Shown: positions 39,720-52,420, counted from the first letter of the stretch. The stretch is 64,000 nt of DNA from Eledone cirrhosa (GCA_964016885.1 OZ024755.1:19840001-19904000), one strand, 5' to 3'. Made by a program: numbers and translations. The notes: generated from the sequence alone by a model not told the origin.

Positions 39720-40369
39720 TAGATAAACATTAAGTTGATAGCTTGACTTTATGTTTAGCTTCAGTTAATTCAGAATTTCCTTTCAGTTCAGTGGAAACCA
39801 TTTTGTAAATGTTATGCCTGTACAATATAACGGCTTCTGATATAGGCATCAGGCCAATGCCTGTAAAATATTATAAAACCATCTATTGTAACAAATCAGC
39901 TATTCGGCTCTTTTCAGATTACTATTTAAAGCGTGCATACATATACACACACATATATACATATACAAACACATTTGACTCTTATTTATGGCTTGACATT
40001 ATAACATATATTTTCATATATTTATATATATATCCACACACATATATGCATGCACACACACACACACACAATTATATATATATATGTATACACACACACA
40101 CACGCATTTCGATTGCTTTATTAGAGAAGGAAGACGAGATTTTGCTCACTGATTTGACGTAAAGTATTAACTTTGCCAACTTGAACGGGATCTCATACAA
40201 ATTATTGGGATTACTATTAAAGACAAACTATATATGTTGATGGTCTAGTAACATCTGCATTTTACGAGACATATATAATATAGAAGGAAATTGCTCGAAA
40301 TAAAATATAAAGCATTATACTGTATTGATCTACAGCTATTATTTTAATGTAATATTTCACTATACATTT

Positions 40370-40560
40370 ATAATTGTTTCTACTTTTGGCACAAGGCCAG
40401 CAATTACCCAGTGTATTACTGGTACTTTATTTTATCAACCCCGTAAGGATGAAAGGCAAAGTTAACCTCGGCGGGATTTGAACTAAGTATGGAAAGGGCC
40501 GTAACTCTTTGCGTCAAAGCATGGCGTCCGACCCTCTACCGATACTGCCAATCCACCGCC
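40370..40560 (-). mobile_element. SINE family S1
   Basis: Full-length family match. Confidence 0.9.
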
Positions 40561-40767
40561 TTACACGTATAATGAATTTTAATACAATCTACATTTGAAC
40601 TCCAATCTTTACTTTTAATTAAAACAAATTTTAACGAACTTTTAAGTGATCTATTAAAAAACAGGATAAAGATCCTATGATTCCTTGTGAAGTCGTAGAG
40701 GCACCATCATACGACGTGTCTAGGGCCATTTTAAACCTGGCGGAGCCAAACCCTCTATAGAGGAAGA

Positions 40768-40928
40768 ATCAACCCCAATACTGGACTGGACTGGTACTTT
40801 ATTTATCGATCTCGAAAGGAGGAAAGGCAAAGTTCCCCACGGTGGGTTTTGAACTTACAGCGCGCAACGAGGTGGGACGAATGCCGTAAAGCATTCTACC
40901 AGACGTCTTTACGACTCTACCAATTCGC
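40768..40928 (-). mobile_element. SINE family S1, old variant
   Basis: CTGGTACTTTATTTATCGATCTCGAAAGGAGGAAAGGCAAAGTT...TTGAACT. Confidence 0.7.
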
Positions 40929-42736
40929 TGGCTATTACACCAAGTCAAACAAATTTCAAATTTATTGTTTTAGTTACTAACTTAACTGCTGTTTACGAAC
41001 TGAAACCTGGCTATTCTGAATAATATGTATTTAAGTGAAAACGTTAGTATCTAATTAAATATAATGATGAATTCAACAACGTTATAAGTTGAATTAACGT
41101 TCTCTGCGTTCGGACAATAATACTGCCAAGTAATCAACCACTAATGATTATATCCTGAACTTTAGGGAAAGTGGTTGCTATATAAGAGAGACGACAAGTG
41201 TTAATACACAGTAATGGTAATCGCAATTTACTAATTCTAACCCCATTTAATTTACGATAACAACGTCAAAATATTTTGATCAATGTAATATTTAGTCACT
41301 TTTAGATACAATTTATGTCCCACTAATGACTTAGATAATTGCTATATTTAATCACCTATCTTTAGAGTCAATGAATACTTAATAACCATTAATATTTTAG
41401 GTTTATTTAATACTTTGAGCAAAGAAGTTTGATGATGTGCCAAAATCTGACTCAGTGACACCTTTAAATATGTTTTGTTTTGTTTTGTAATTTATATGTT
41501 TTGTTTTGTATTTTATATGTTTACTTTCTTTTCCTCACTGGGAATTTGAAACTCTTCGTAATACTAGATGCACTAGACAACATTTTTGTGACCATTCGGT
41601 CCACTAGAAATAGCAGCTACATCTCCAAATTATGTAGCTCACTAAGAATAATACAAATATCTCTTTTTTCTACTCCCGACTCTTTAATTTCAACTTTCTC
41701 TCCTCTCTCCCTAATCGAAAAGATTGACAAACTGGATGATATTGGTGAAGTTACACCGTGTTTATAGACATTGGATAGCCATGGTTTGCACTGGGCAGAG
41801 TTGTGACTCAATTGTTACTAAAGCAACTAACCTCCCCATCGCTGAAAATATAGCTTGGAGTAAGATTTGCCTTTTCCCTTCATTAAACCACTATGTTACA
41901 GTGGAACATTGAACACTGATAATAGATCAATCGCTTAATTATATTTCCAACACTACCTAGTTATTTTGAAAGATAAATAAAAAAAAACACCTATACACAA
42001 TCAGGCTTTTATGATGGATTTTATGTCAAATGAAATATTGATGGAGATATCACAAACAAATAAACATTACAAAAATATGTATCTACATAAAAACAATATG
42101 GAAACACAAGTAAACATGCAGACATTAACTAATTAGGTGTGCTCCACCTCTATGTAGAAAAGTGATCGGAGCTGATCTCATTTGTCAAATGTATTTCATG
42201 CGAATTTATTAATTATGTTTATTTTATAACTGATTTCAGATTTTCGTTATATTGCTATTGCTTTTGCCACAAACTAAAGTCAGTAAACACCAGATAACGC
42301 AAGCTATAACACTATGTAGAAAATAATTTTACATCAATACACATTACCATTTCGCCATCAATAATACAAATAACTTTTTTTCCAGCTCCACACATTTTAA
42401 TTTCATTATTTCTTTTTCTCCTCATACTCAACCTACATCTCGCGGAAACAAACAAGAAAAACGCAAAAAAAAAAAAAAAGAGAAAGAACTACTACACAGC
42501 TATACAATATAATGCATTTAGTTTGTAAAATGTCCAAAATAGTATTATAATTTGCAATTAATGAGAAGGTATAAAGTTATTTTAAGATGTAGATTCTGCC
42601 ATATTCCAAAATTTGTTTGTTATTTCCTATCAGAAAATCCTATAAAAAATCGTAAAAGAGAACGAACACAAAACACACACAATTCAGGTGGAATAATGGT
42701 GGAAACATTGAAAAAGAAAATAAAACTAAACCTGAA

Positions 42737-42885
42737 CACAACAACACCAACAACTAAAACAACACCAACAACTAAAACAACACCAACAACAAAAACAACA
42801 GCTAAAACAACTACAAGAACAGCAGCAAAAACAACAACAGCTAAAACAACAGCAACTACAACAACAACAGCTAAAACCAAACAAA
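42737..42885. repeat. (ACA)n-rich low-complexity tract
   Basis: Direct inspection. Confidence 0.9.
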
Positions 42886-43622
42886 CTATTATATAGATAC
42901 ATATAATATAACAAAAAAAAAAAGCTATTGACAAATAGTCTCTAGTAATAGTTTTACTATTGAATTTTTGCCAAAAGCTGGGGAAACTACAAGTCCACGT
43001 AAAACTATCATATGGCACGGCGCGTTCATTAGCTGAAACCGTAAAATGGAAGAATAAATTAGTTCTGATTGCTAACACTAAAGGATGTCCTTCTTCATGA
43101 TACGCCGCTTCTAGGTCCAACGATGCTGCATTATTAAAAGATGGTAACCTGTAATTTATTCTAGACAGAAATGCTGAGGTTTTGCAGCCTGTGTCGCGAT
43201 ATGTAAACTTACACACGCACACAGAAAGAGCAGCAGATGCATACAGACGAACAGAGAGAGACAAAAATACACTTGTATACACTGACACATACATAATATA
43301 CTTAACACACTCACGGACATATACATAAACATACAGACACAGATAAACACACTTGACACAGAGGCATACATAATACACTTACATAAATAGAGTTGACACA
43401 CACAGGGACCATACATAAACATATTCGATACACACACACGCACACAGATCTATACATAAACACACACTCACACACAATTTTACACACACGCATCCAGGAA
43501 TATAGACACAGCTTTTTTTGTTTCAGGCTGCGTGGTTCAGGAGTTCGGTTCCCAAGCAGGCAATTTCATATATACTCTTTTACCTGTTTCAGCCATCCGG
43601 CTGAGGCCATGCTGGGGCACCG

Positions 43623-43651
<29 letters not shown>

Positions 43652-43656
<5 letters not shown>

Positions 43657-43841
43657 AACCAGTAAGACCCCGACGGCTGAGCTCAAGCCGTTTCGACGGC
43701 TAATTCTGGATTAGCCGTCGAAACGGCTTGAGCTCAGCCGTCGGGGTCTTACTGGTTCCTATTACCCACTCTACTACCCCAAGTATTGAGTACTTTGGTG
43801 CGTTATGGTCCACCTGGTTCCTTACCACATTTCCTTCGTTA
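43652..43841 (+). mobile_element. Fold-back element family A (young)
   Basis: Perfect inverted arms 43652-43762 around TCTGG, plus a tail ending CCTTCGTTA(TA)n; (TA)n on both sides. Confidence 0.85.
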
Positions 43842-43953
43842 TATATATACATATATATTTATATATATATATATATATATATACATATATATTTATACAT
43901 ATATATTTATACATATATATTTATACATATATATATATATATATATTTATACA

Positions 43954-43992
<39 letters not shown>

Positions 43993-44103
43993 TTATACAT
44001 ATATATATATATATATATTTATACATATATATATATATATATTTATACATATATATATATATATATATATTTATATTTATACATATATATATATATATAT
44101 TTA

Positions 44104-44137
<34 letters not shown>

Positions 44138-44191
44138 CATATATATATATATATATATTTATATTTATACATATATATATATATATATTTA

Positions 44192-44225
<34 letters not shown>

Positions 44226-44255
44226 CATATATATATATATTTATACATATATATA
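43842..44255. repeat. (TA)n / TTTATACATATA microsatellite
   Basis: Direct inspection. Confidence 0.95.
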
Positions 44256-44621
44256 AATACACAAACACCTACATACATATATATTATATACACACACATA
44301 GGCATTCACACAAGTACTTTGTGTGTGTGTGTGTGTAACAATTTCAAGGATATCACTAGCATTATAAACAAACACTATAGGAGGTCTATCTACTGTACTA
44401 GATGTGAAGTGTTTGCAAATATATGAGTAAGAAATATTCTGTCTTCCGCTGACGGGCAGCTTTGATGCAATAAAGAAAAATCTAATTGTCGAAACACACA
44501 CATTTGTATGCGTATACACACATACACATATACATACACATGGAATGCTGCAAACATGATTAATGGCATCATACCAGGAAAAGGAGATCATTGTGAAACC
44601 CAAATTACTTGCACAACACAC

Positions 44622-44674
<53 letters not shown>

Positions 44675-44740
44675 GAAAGGTATAGAAAACATTGTAGCAA
44701 AAAGCCAACAGTATTTCATAATATATAAGTGACTATAGCG

Positions 44741-44784
<44 letters not shown>

Positions 44785-44917
44785 TTGAAATACGTATATT
44801 GGAATTAGATAATAAAATGAAGAATAAAACGGTCTCTCATTTGTTATGCGTGTATATATATATATATACATATACATACATACACACACACGCATATATA
44901 TGTATATTTACATATAT

Positions 44918-44949
<32 letters not shown>

Positions 44950-44951
<2 letters not shown>

Positions 44952-45151
44952 ACGAAGGAAATGTGGTAAGGAACCAGGTGGACCATAACGCACCAAAGTA
45001 CTCAATACTTAGGGTAGTAGAGTGGGTAATAGGAACGAGTAGGACCCCGACGGCTGAGCTCAAGCCGTTTCGACGGCTAATTCTGGGCCTGGTCCAGAAT
45101 TAGCCGTCGAAACGGCTTGAGCTCAGCCGTCGGGGTCCTACTCGTTCCTAT
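44950..45151 (-). mobile_element. Fold-back element family A (young)
   Basis: Inverted arms 45029-45151 around CTGGGCCTGGTCCAG; (TA)n on both sides. Confidence 0.85.
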
Positions 45152-45225
45152 ATATATATATATATATATATAATATAAGATCAAAAGATGGTTAAAGGAG
45201 TTCCACAATAAAACTCACCTCCTAC

Positions 45226-45263
<38 letters not shown>

Positions 45264-45290
45264 CATATATATATGTATATTTACATATAC

Positions 45291-45323
<33 letters not shown>

Positions 45324-46459
45324 ACATACATATATGTATATTTAAACATTTTTGTCTTCTATGTGTATGTCAGTGAGTACACAAAATGCAGGAAAAAGAA
45401 AATAGAGTTTCATTTATGTTTGCATTGACTTTGTGATGAAACGTCAAGCCTGGAGCGAGCTTGCAAATAAGTTAACGTCACTTATTAGGAGAGATGTTTA
45501 ATTTTTAAACAATGGGAATACGCTAGAGAGTCAAATAGAGGGGATGAGTGTAGAGAAAGAGAGATAGAGATAGAGATTATATAAGAGATCGTTTTGTCTT
45601 CTAAGAAAACTAGATTTTCTCTTTTCTTTTCATATACCAAAAGACCGAGAACGGATGAGTTAATATTTGTTTGTCTTACTTTAATTGCAAATGCACGAAG
45701 AACGCATCGTTTCAGTTAGTAAAAGTAGATAGGACTGCGGTATCGTTTGTTTTATTATTATGTGACATCTTTGCAGCAAATACGTCCTTTCGTTTGAAAG
45801 CAGCTAGCCATACATTAGAATATATCCTTAATAGAATTTGTACGAACAATGTAACACAATTGACATTTAATAGTTCTAGCTGTCGATCATGGAATTTGTT
45901 ACAGAAAGAGGTAAAAAAGACACGTGTAGAAATACATAATTGTGTGTAATCTCCCAAGAACGCACGCCTGCTAACCCGTACATATACACAGAGACGTACA
46001 AATAGACATGTGTGTGTGTGTGTATATTGACACGAAGTATAGCTATTTAATAAGAGAAATGAATAGATATAGATTTATATAAGTATATGATAAGAAATGT
46101 CGAAGAGTTTTTCACATATATTAATTACTACTGAGCCTATTCATCTCCATTCTTGAAACGGAGTAGATTGTCTTGCTGAAGTTCAACAAGGCAAGCTAAT
46201 GAAGTAATTTTCACATATACAGAAATTGTGCCTTTTAACTTGTTGAATTGTATTATTCTATGGTATCTAGTTACTGCTATTTGAAGTTTTATTTCGGAAA
46301 GCATATTGACAATATACAGCATCTGCTAATCACAACACTACTCCATTATATCCTGATATATACATATACATACACGTACATTCAGATACATGTACAACAC
46401 TGCTTACATATATAGATATGTTGTATTTAAGTGTCAGGATTATACCAGTTTTAAACTAG

Positions 46460-46600
46460 TAAGCCCATTGTTCAGAAGAATACTCGATACTTAGGATAAT
46501 AGAGTCAGGGCCCGGCAGCTAAGCTCTTGCCGTTTCGACAGCAAATGCCAGACTGGAATTTGCCGTCGAAACGACAAGAGCTCAGCCACCGGGACTTAAC
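46460..46600 (-). mobile_element. Fold-back element family A (older copy)
   Basis: Imperfect palindrome 46504-46600 with GCCGTTTCGAC...GTCGAAACGAC; decayed tail on the left. Confidence 0.7.
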
Positions 46601-46701
46601 GTTCTACTATATAGACATATATATATATATACGTATTGTATATTATTAAATATATAATACGTACATTCATATACACATCGCTATTTCAGAGCAACAACAC
46701 A

Positions 46702-47221
46702 AATGAATGAATGAATGAATGAATGAATGAATGAATGAATGAATGAATGAATGAATGAATGAATGAATGAATGAATGAATGAATGAATGAATGAATGAAT
46801 GAATGAATGAATGAATGAATGAATGAATGAATGAATGAATGAATGAATGAATGAATGAATGAATGAATGAATGAATGAATGAATGAATGAATGAATGAAT
46901 GAATGAATGAATGAATGAATGAATGAATGAATGAATGAATGAATGAATGAATGAATGAATGAATGAATGAATGAATGAATGAATGAATGAATGAATGAAT
47001 GAATGAATGAATGAATGAATGAATGAATGAATGAATGAATGAATGAATGAATGAATGAATGAATGAATGAATGAATGAATGAATGTATGTATGTATGTAT
47101 GTATGTATGTATGTATGTATGTATGTATGTATGTATGTATGTATGTATGTATGTATGTATGTATGTATGTATGTATGTATGTATGTATGTATGTATGTAT
47201 GTATGTATGTCTGTCTGTCTG
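46702..47221. repeat. (AATG)n then (ATGT)n then (CTGT)n tetranucleotide array
   Basis: Direct inspection. Confidence 0.97.
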
Positions 47222-47832
47222 TCAGGTCAGGTCACCAGTTGGTGCTACTGGTAACATGTATCCCAGTACAACCTGTCTCATGGTCGGGTCGTTGGCGACT
47301 AAACTGGCAACCCCACCAAGGTTTCTTGGTGAGGAGGGTGACTTTGGACATCCTGCAGGACTAAAAACAAAGCCTGTCAAAGGGCAAAGGAGCTCTTAAG
47401 TCAATGGCGATCCAAAATCACCGGGAGAGATGACCCCTTAGCCTTTGTCAAGGCAGAATTCTAGGAGAAGGAAAACTCTGATATAACACCTGCAACCCTG
47501 ATGGTATCCAATGATGTTGACTTGTTCTTCTTTTCGGTAAATATCATCTTGGTTAAGAGAGTGGGACTGGCTTTGTGCAGTGCCTTTGCTCACTATAAAA
47601 GCTTCACGGCACAGGCATTGCTTTGTATCTGGAGATCCCTCTGCACTTGTCATCACATGGTACCATGGGCCCAGCACTATGTGTCAATAATTGTCACAAG
47701 TGTAGTATTTGTACCAGAGTTTTCAAGTCGCTGGCTGGACTAAAAAGTCACACTTGTTCAGCGCATCGGTAGGGGTTCTCCTACATGGATATAAAGTAGT
47801 GGCCGTACTCGAAAACGAGTTGGCAGCCGCCA
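47222..47832 (+). mobile_element. GC-rich interspersed repeat, probably an RTE-type LINE 5' region
   Basis: Homolog of 9140-9592; bounded by (ATGT)n-type tracts on both sides. Confidence 0.6.
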
Positions 47833-47914
47833 TGTATGTACGTACGTACGTACGTACGTACGTACGTACGTACGTACGTATGTATGTATGTATGTATGTA
47901 TGTATGTACGTATG

Positions 47915-48352
47915 TTCTTCTGGTTTTATAATTTCACAAAGTTTTACCAATAGAGAGAGAGTCGCTTTCTAACAGACACGAGACTCTCTCATTGGAATAT
48001 ACACAACATCAACTAGGTAGATATATGTATGCATGCATGTGTAGATATGGATGTTATTGTATGTGTGGATGTTTTGAGTTGTATGTGTGCATGTGTATAT
48101 GCTTTGTATCTGTACATGTGTATATGCAGTTATTAGATGCAACATTTTTGGAATGTTTTACATATTTTTACTATTCCATTAATGGATTGTACTTGTAATT
48201 TCCTAACTAGTTGTGTTCTTTCTGTTCCTGTGAAGCCTAGCTTATCAAGATTTGTATTGAGGCAGTTACTAACATATCCCAGTGGCCCAATAATCACAGG
48301 CATAAATCTGAAGATGTAATCAGGGTGGAGTATCTGCAGATTTCTCATCAGG
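47915..48352 (-). mobile_element. R4/Dong-like (RLE) LINE 3' fragment
   Basis: ORF 48133-48348 LMRNLQILHPDYIFRFMPVIIGPLGYV...LDKLGF...LQVQSINGIVKICKTF fits the P.IIG.LG...I.K.F end of the restriction-like endonuclease region; the 3' UTR runs into (CATA)n. Confidence 0.75.
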
Positions 48353-49195
48353 TCTGTGTGTGTGTGTGCGAGGGAACTATTCCTCTTATATACTCTTATA
48401 GTTTCATACAGATGAGATGGTTTGGTAATTTAATGTTACATAAACAACAATACATTGCTTTACAATGGATTTAGTTTTAAAGTAATGTTCAAAGAACTAT
48501 ATTTGAGTAAACACTATTAGCAGCAACATAACCATAGCTACCATTTTAGACATTGTATTAGGTTTAAACGGAGATAAACAGCACTACCACAGATTTTCAA
48601 TCTCCTGCAGTCACAATTAAAAACATTACAACCTACATAATTTAAAGAATTTTCTATCTGTCTTTAGTCAAATATTTTCAGCAGGGGTGCTTTATAATAC
48701 AACTATGAATAAATAAAAAGTATTTTTAGCGAGAATCTGGTAAACAAACAACTCTAAAATTAGTAAATAAACAACGCTCTTATTTCAGATTGTCAAAAAC
48801 AAGAGGAGAGTTTTCATTTCGTCCACCCTTATAATCTGTTGAATTTGTATAGTTGTCAAAGATGGCAGCTATAACCATTGTTTCTGTCAAAGATGGCACC
48901 TATAACCATTGTTTCCTATAACGTAACGGCTAATATAAGCAGTGACAATATTTACAACGGTGCGAAACAAACTACCACCTTGTCGCTCTCGTCGATCAAC
49001 GAAAATCGGCTTAGCTGGTGTTTCGCCGCTAGGAGAATATCGCCAGTCCTTTCGACACTACCTGCTGGAGGTGCACGTGAGGCGAATATGAATAGCAAGG
49101 CATTGAACATTGAATTGCATCCTTAGATATTGACAAGTGTTCCAGGTTTTTTTTTTTTGGGGGGGGGGGGGGATTTATCAACGGAGCATCTAACT

Positions 49196-49357
49196 CCACC
49201 ATAGGCGCTGAGCGAGCCAGCCGCAGATGTGAGCCTCGGGAGTTGGAATGGCTCTTCCAGCGCGTCTCCCCCACCATCCTCCGGGAAAACGCCTTCTCCA
49301 TCCTGTCCGCCGGGGCTGTGGGCAGCCAGCACGTGGGACCCCATTTACTTACCATAC
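49196..49357 (+). mobile_element. CRE-clade non-LTR retrotransposon 3' fragment
   Basis: IGAERASRRCEPRELEWLFQRVSPTILRENAFSILSAG; homolog of 30240-30397. Confidence 0.75.
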
Positions 49358-49618
49358 GGATTAATAGGCAAAGTTATAAACTATTATAATTAAACCTAGT
49401 TATATATCTAACCCCCCCCCCAAAAAAAAAGGGCTGGATGTTCCATACAGAGGTGGTGCCTTAATGTAATTCTCCGGGAGATTCAGCACGGGAGTCATTT
49501 TCACCTACGAGAACATCTTTTTCCAGTTGCATAGGCTGAAGAAATGTGAAATAAAGTATCTTGCTTAAGGATATAATGCGCTGTCGGGCATCGAATTTAC
49601 GACCTTACAATCCAGAGC

Positions 49619-49637
49619 TATATACACATACATATAT

Positions 49638-49676
<39 letters not shown>

Positions 49677-49715
49677 CATATGCACACACACACACATATA
49701 TATAAATACATATAT

Positions 49716-49750
<35 letters not shown>

Positions 49751-49965
49751 CACACACATATGCACACACACACACATATATAAATACATATATATACATA
49801 CACACACACACATATATATATATACACACATATGCACACACACATATAAATACATATATATACATACACACACACACACATATATATATATATACACACA
49901 CATATACACAAACATACACGCACACACACACACACATATATATATATATAGATACACACACACAT

Positions 49966-50000
<35 letters not shown>

Positions 50001-50001
50001 C
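49619..50001. repeat. (CA)n/(TA)n compound microsatellite
   Basis: Direct inspection. Confidence 0.95.
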
Positions 50002-50016
50002 ACCCCCCCCCCCCGT

Positions 50017-50172
50017 TATTTTTTGAATCACCAAGTTTGACAAGCAGATTGATGCTGGAGTCAGTTGTATAGCTTTCATAGGTGACATTGAACCAATCAT
50101 CTGTGAAATGTTCGTTACAGATCGATAATTAATAAAAGCATGTTAACGAAACTTCATCGTTTTTTCTTATTA
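50017..50172 (-). mobile_element. Interspersed repeat family E
   Basis: Homolog of 32411-32575. Confidence 0.65.
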
Positions 50173-50487
50173 TATTTATATCAATAGAATCGCTTTGCCT
50201 GAGAGGATAAGTTATGGAACAAGGTCCCCGATTAATTGAACGTTGGAAAATATACCGGTTACATACACATCCATCCACACACACACAAACACACACACAC
50301 GAGCACATACAAGTCCCCCCCCCCCCCCCCACACGTGTGTGTATATATATATTTTTTTATTTCTTCTGTTTGCAATAACGTAATAGAAGAATAAAGCAAA
50401 CCATCACCTTTAATAAACTAAATATATTATGAGACAATGAAGAAACTCGTATTTTAGAAATAGCAGTCAAGTCTCCATCAAATCTCA

Positions 50488-50839
50488 CCTTACCAGGTTT
50501 AAACGAGAAGAATTTATATTGTAGTCTTAGAGATACACAGCCTGATAATGACATGATGGTACGAGATGGATCGTCGTTGCGCTGATCAGTAAAACCTACA
50601 ATGAATGGCGTTCTAGCCGTGACGATCCCGTTCTTTTGTATATCAGTGACTACAGTAACCAACATACCACTTATTTTGTAAGACGCCACGGTGTAATGTG
50701 AGGAAAAGTTAGTTACTATTTTTAGCTGGTGAACGACCAGACAGAAACTATGTTGGCCCTCTAATTGTTGATAGTTTATATTATAGCCAACTCCATGAAT
50801 TATTACATCGTTATATTCTAGTATATATTCAAAACGCAT
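50488..50839 (-). CDS. Candidate coding exon or orphan ORF, product unknown
   Basis: Longest non-repetitive, non-TE open frame (160 codons); donor-like GGTAAG/GGTGAG near 50490; no recognised domain and no in-frame acceptor found. Confidence 0.2.
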
Positions 50840-52281
50840 TAACCTTAATAACCACCATTCAAAATATTAGTAAAACTGTAGAAAACAGCGCAGTATCTAT
50901 AACAATATAGGAACCAACCGCAATCCATGTAGATACAATAGTTATTGCAGCTTTGAATTATTTAGTAGTGTTCCACTTAAATATATTGCTTCTGTTCTGA
51001 GCATTGGATATCTTTTTTTCTTTTTACGAATCATTTCATTTCAGTCTATTAGATTGGGGGAAAAAAACCTGGTTGTATTTATTCTAAACAATAGAAAAAG
51101 TTTGTTCTTTGCGTCATTCCAGGTGATGTGCGCTTGCAGCTAAGCTGGGCTCTAGCATGGTAGTGAGTTAACAACTAAAACAAACTTCAGAGATGCATTG
51201 AATTATATAGTAGCAGTTATGCTATGTTTCGAATATCTCATAGTTAGACGTCTCGTCATGTATCTGTGTGAAACATGTATTTCTCATGATTCTATGAAGA
51301 GACGGATGTTTTAGAAACACTCCATTAATGTCGATGCCTAAAAGAATCAAAAACAAATTTGATTATTAACACGTTATGAATATTTCATTTTGTGAAAATG
51401 ATTATTTATATAGAGAACCATGACCTTTATTTTAATATTTCATTCTCAGTGAGAAATGTAAAGAATGGTATCTCGTTTAGTAAACACAATATAATTTTCT
51501 ACCTTGCAGAAACGGAAACTCAGTGAAACAATATTTCAAAGTATGTTTATAAAATCAGAAAAATATATGTTTTTGTGACGTCATAAGGAAGTATTGATCC
51601 ATAGTAGCAAGCACGCCATTTTTACAGTTTGCATTGGAGACGAATTCTGACGTTTTAAATATAAATTTCGCTATGCTATTTTAACCAATCAATACTGCCT
51701 TTATAGTACAAAGTATCAAAGGTTGAGAAATCATCATTAGCACTGATACGTCAACAAATAAGTGTTTTTCTTTTACATTAGCTTTTGTTATATATCTGAA
51801 ACGACGTCTGTCAATGCCTTCTAAAATACTCTTTAATTGCAGTTACGCCTCTTCTGGTAAACACCATTGTTATTTTTCTTTTTTTTTTCATTAGATACAA
51901 AACAGAAGTCCAATACAAGCACATGCTGATATAGCAAATATAGAAACTCTAACCATTGTTCTTATTCCTAAAGATGTGGTAATAAGAATTGGTAATAAAG
52001 TTCTCAAATGAAATGACAAATATATTGCTTTTAAGAATGCTACAGCTACCTCTTTTAGAATCGTAAATAAGCAGTTTTCTGAGTTATAATCATTAACTTG
52101 GATATTTAATTAAATTTCCTTATAGAGAAAATAGAGATTGGTTCATTTTAATCGTAAGTCGTAGCTGCGTGAATTGATTTGCAAACAGCTACATTTCAGG
52201 AAGTGTTCAGCAACCTTCTACGTTGAATGTCCATTAATCTCTGAATATGTTGTATTATAGAGAGATAATATAACAGCTGAT

Positions 52282-52420
52282 GTAGGCGTATACCTTAGTG
52301 GTTATAGCGTTGGGCATGCAATTGTGAGGTTGCGAGTTTCATTCCCAGACCGAACCGAGTTATACGTTGTATCCTTGAGCAATACACTTTATTTCCTGTT
52401 GCTCCTGTTTACTCAACTAT
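52282..52420 (+). mobile_element. S2-related SINE, decayed
   Basis: GGCGTATACCTTAGTGGTTATAGCG...TATCCTTGAGCAATACACTTTATTTC. Confidence 0.65.

Noticed and set aside
42552-42896. Thr/Lys-rich mucin-like ORF
   Set aside because: Derived from an (ACA)n low-complexity tract; no splice or domain support.
47250-47315. HDV-like ribozyme (CCAGT..ACC-loop-GGT..CTAA-ACTGG)
   Set aside because: P2, P3 and J4/2-like pieces are present, but a convincing P1 helix could not be built in either copy.
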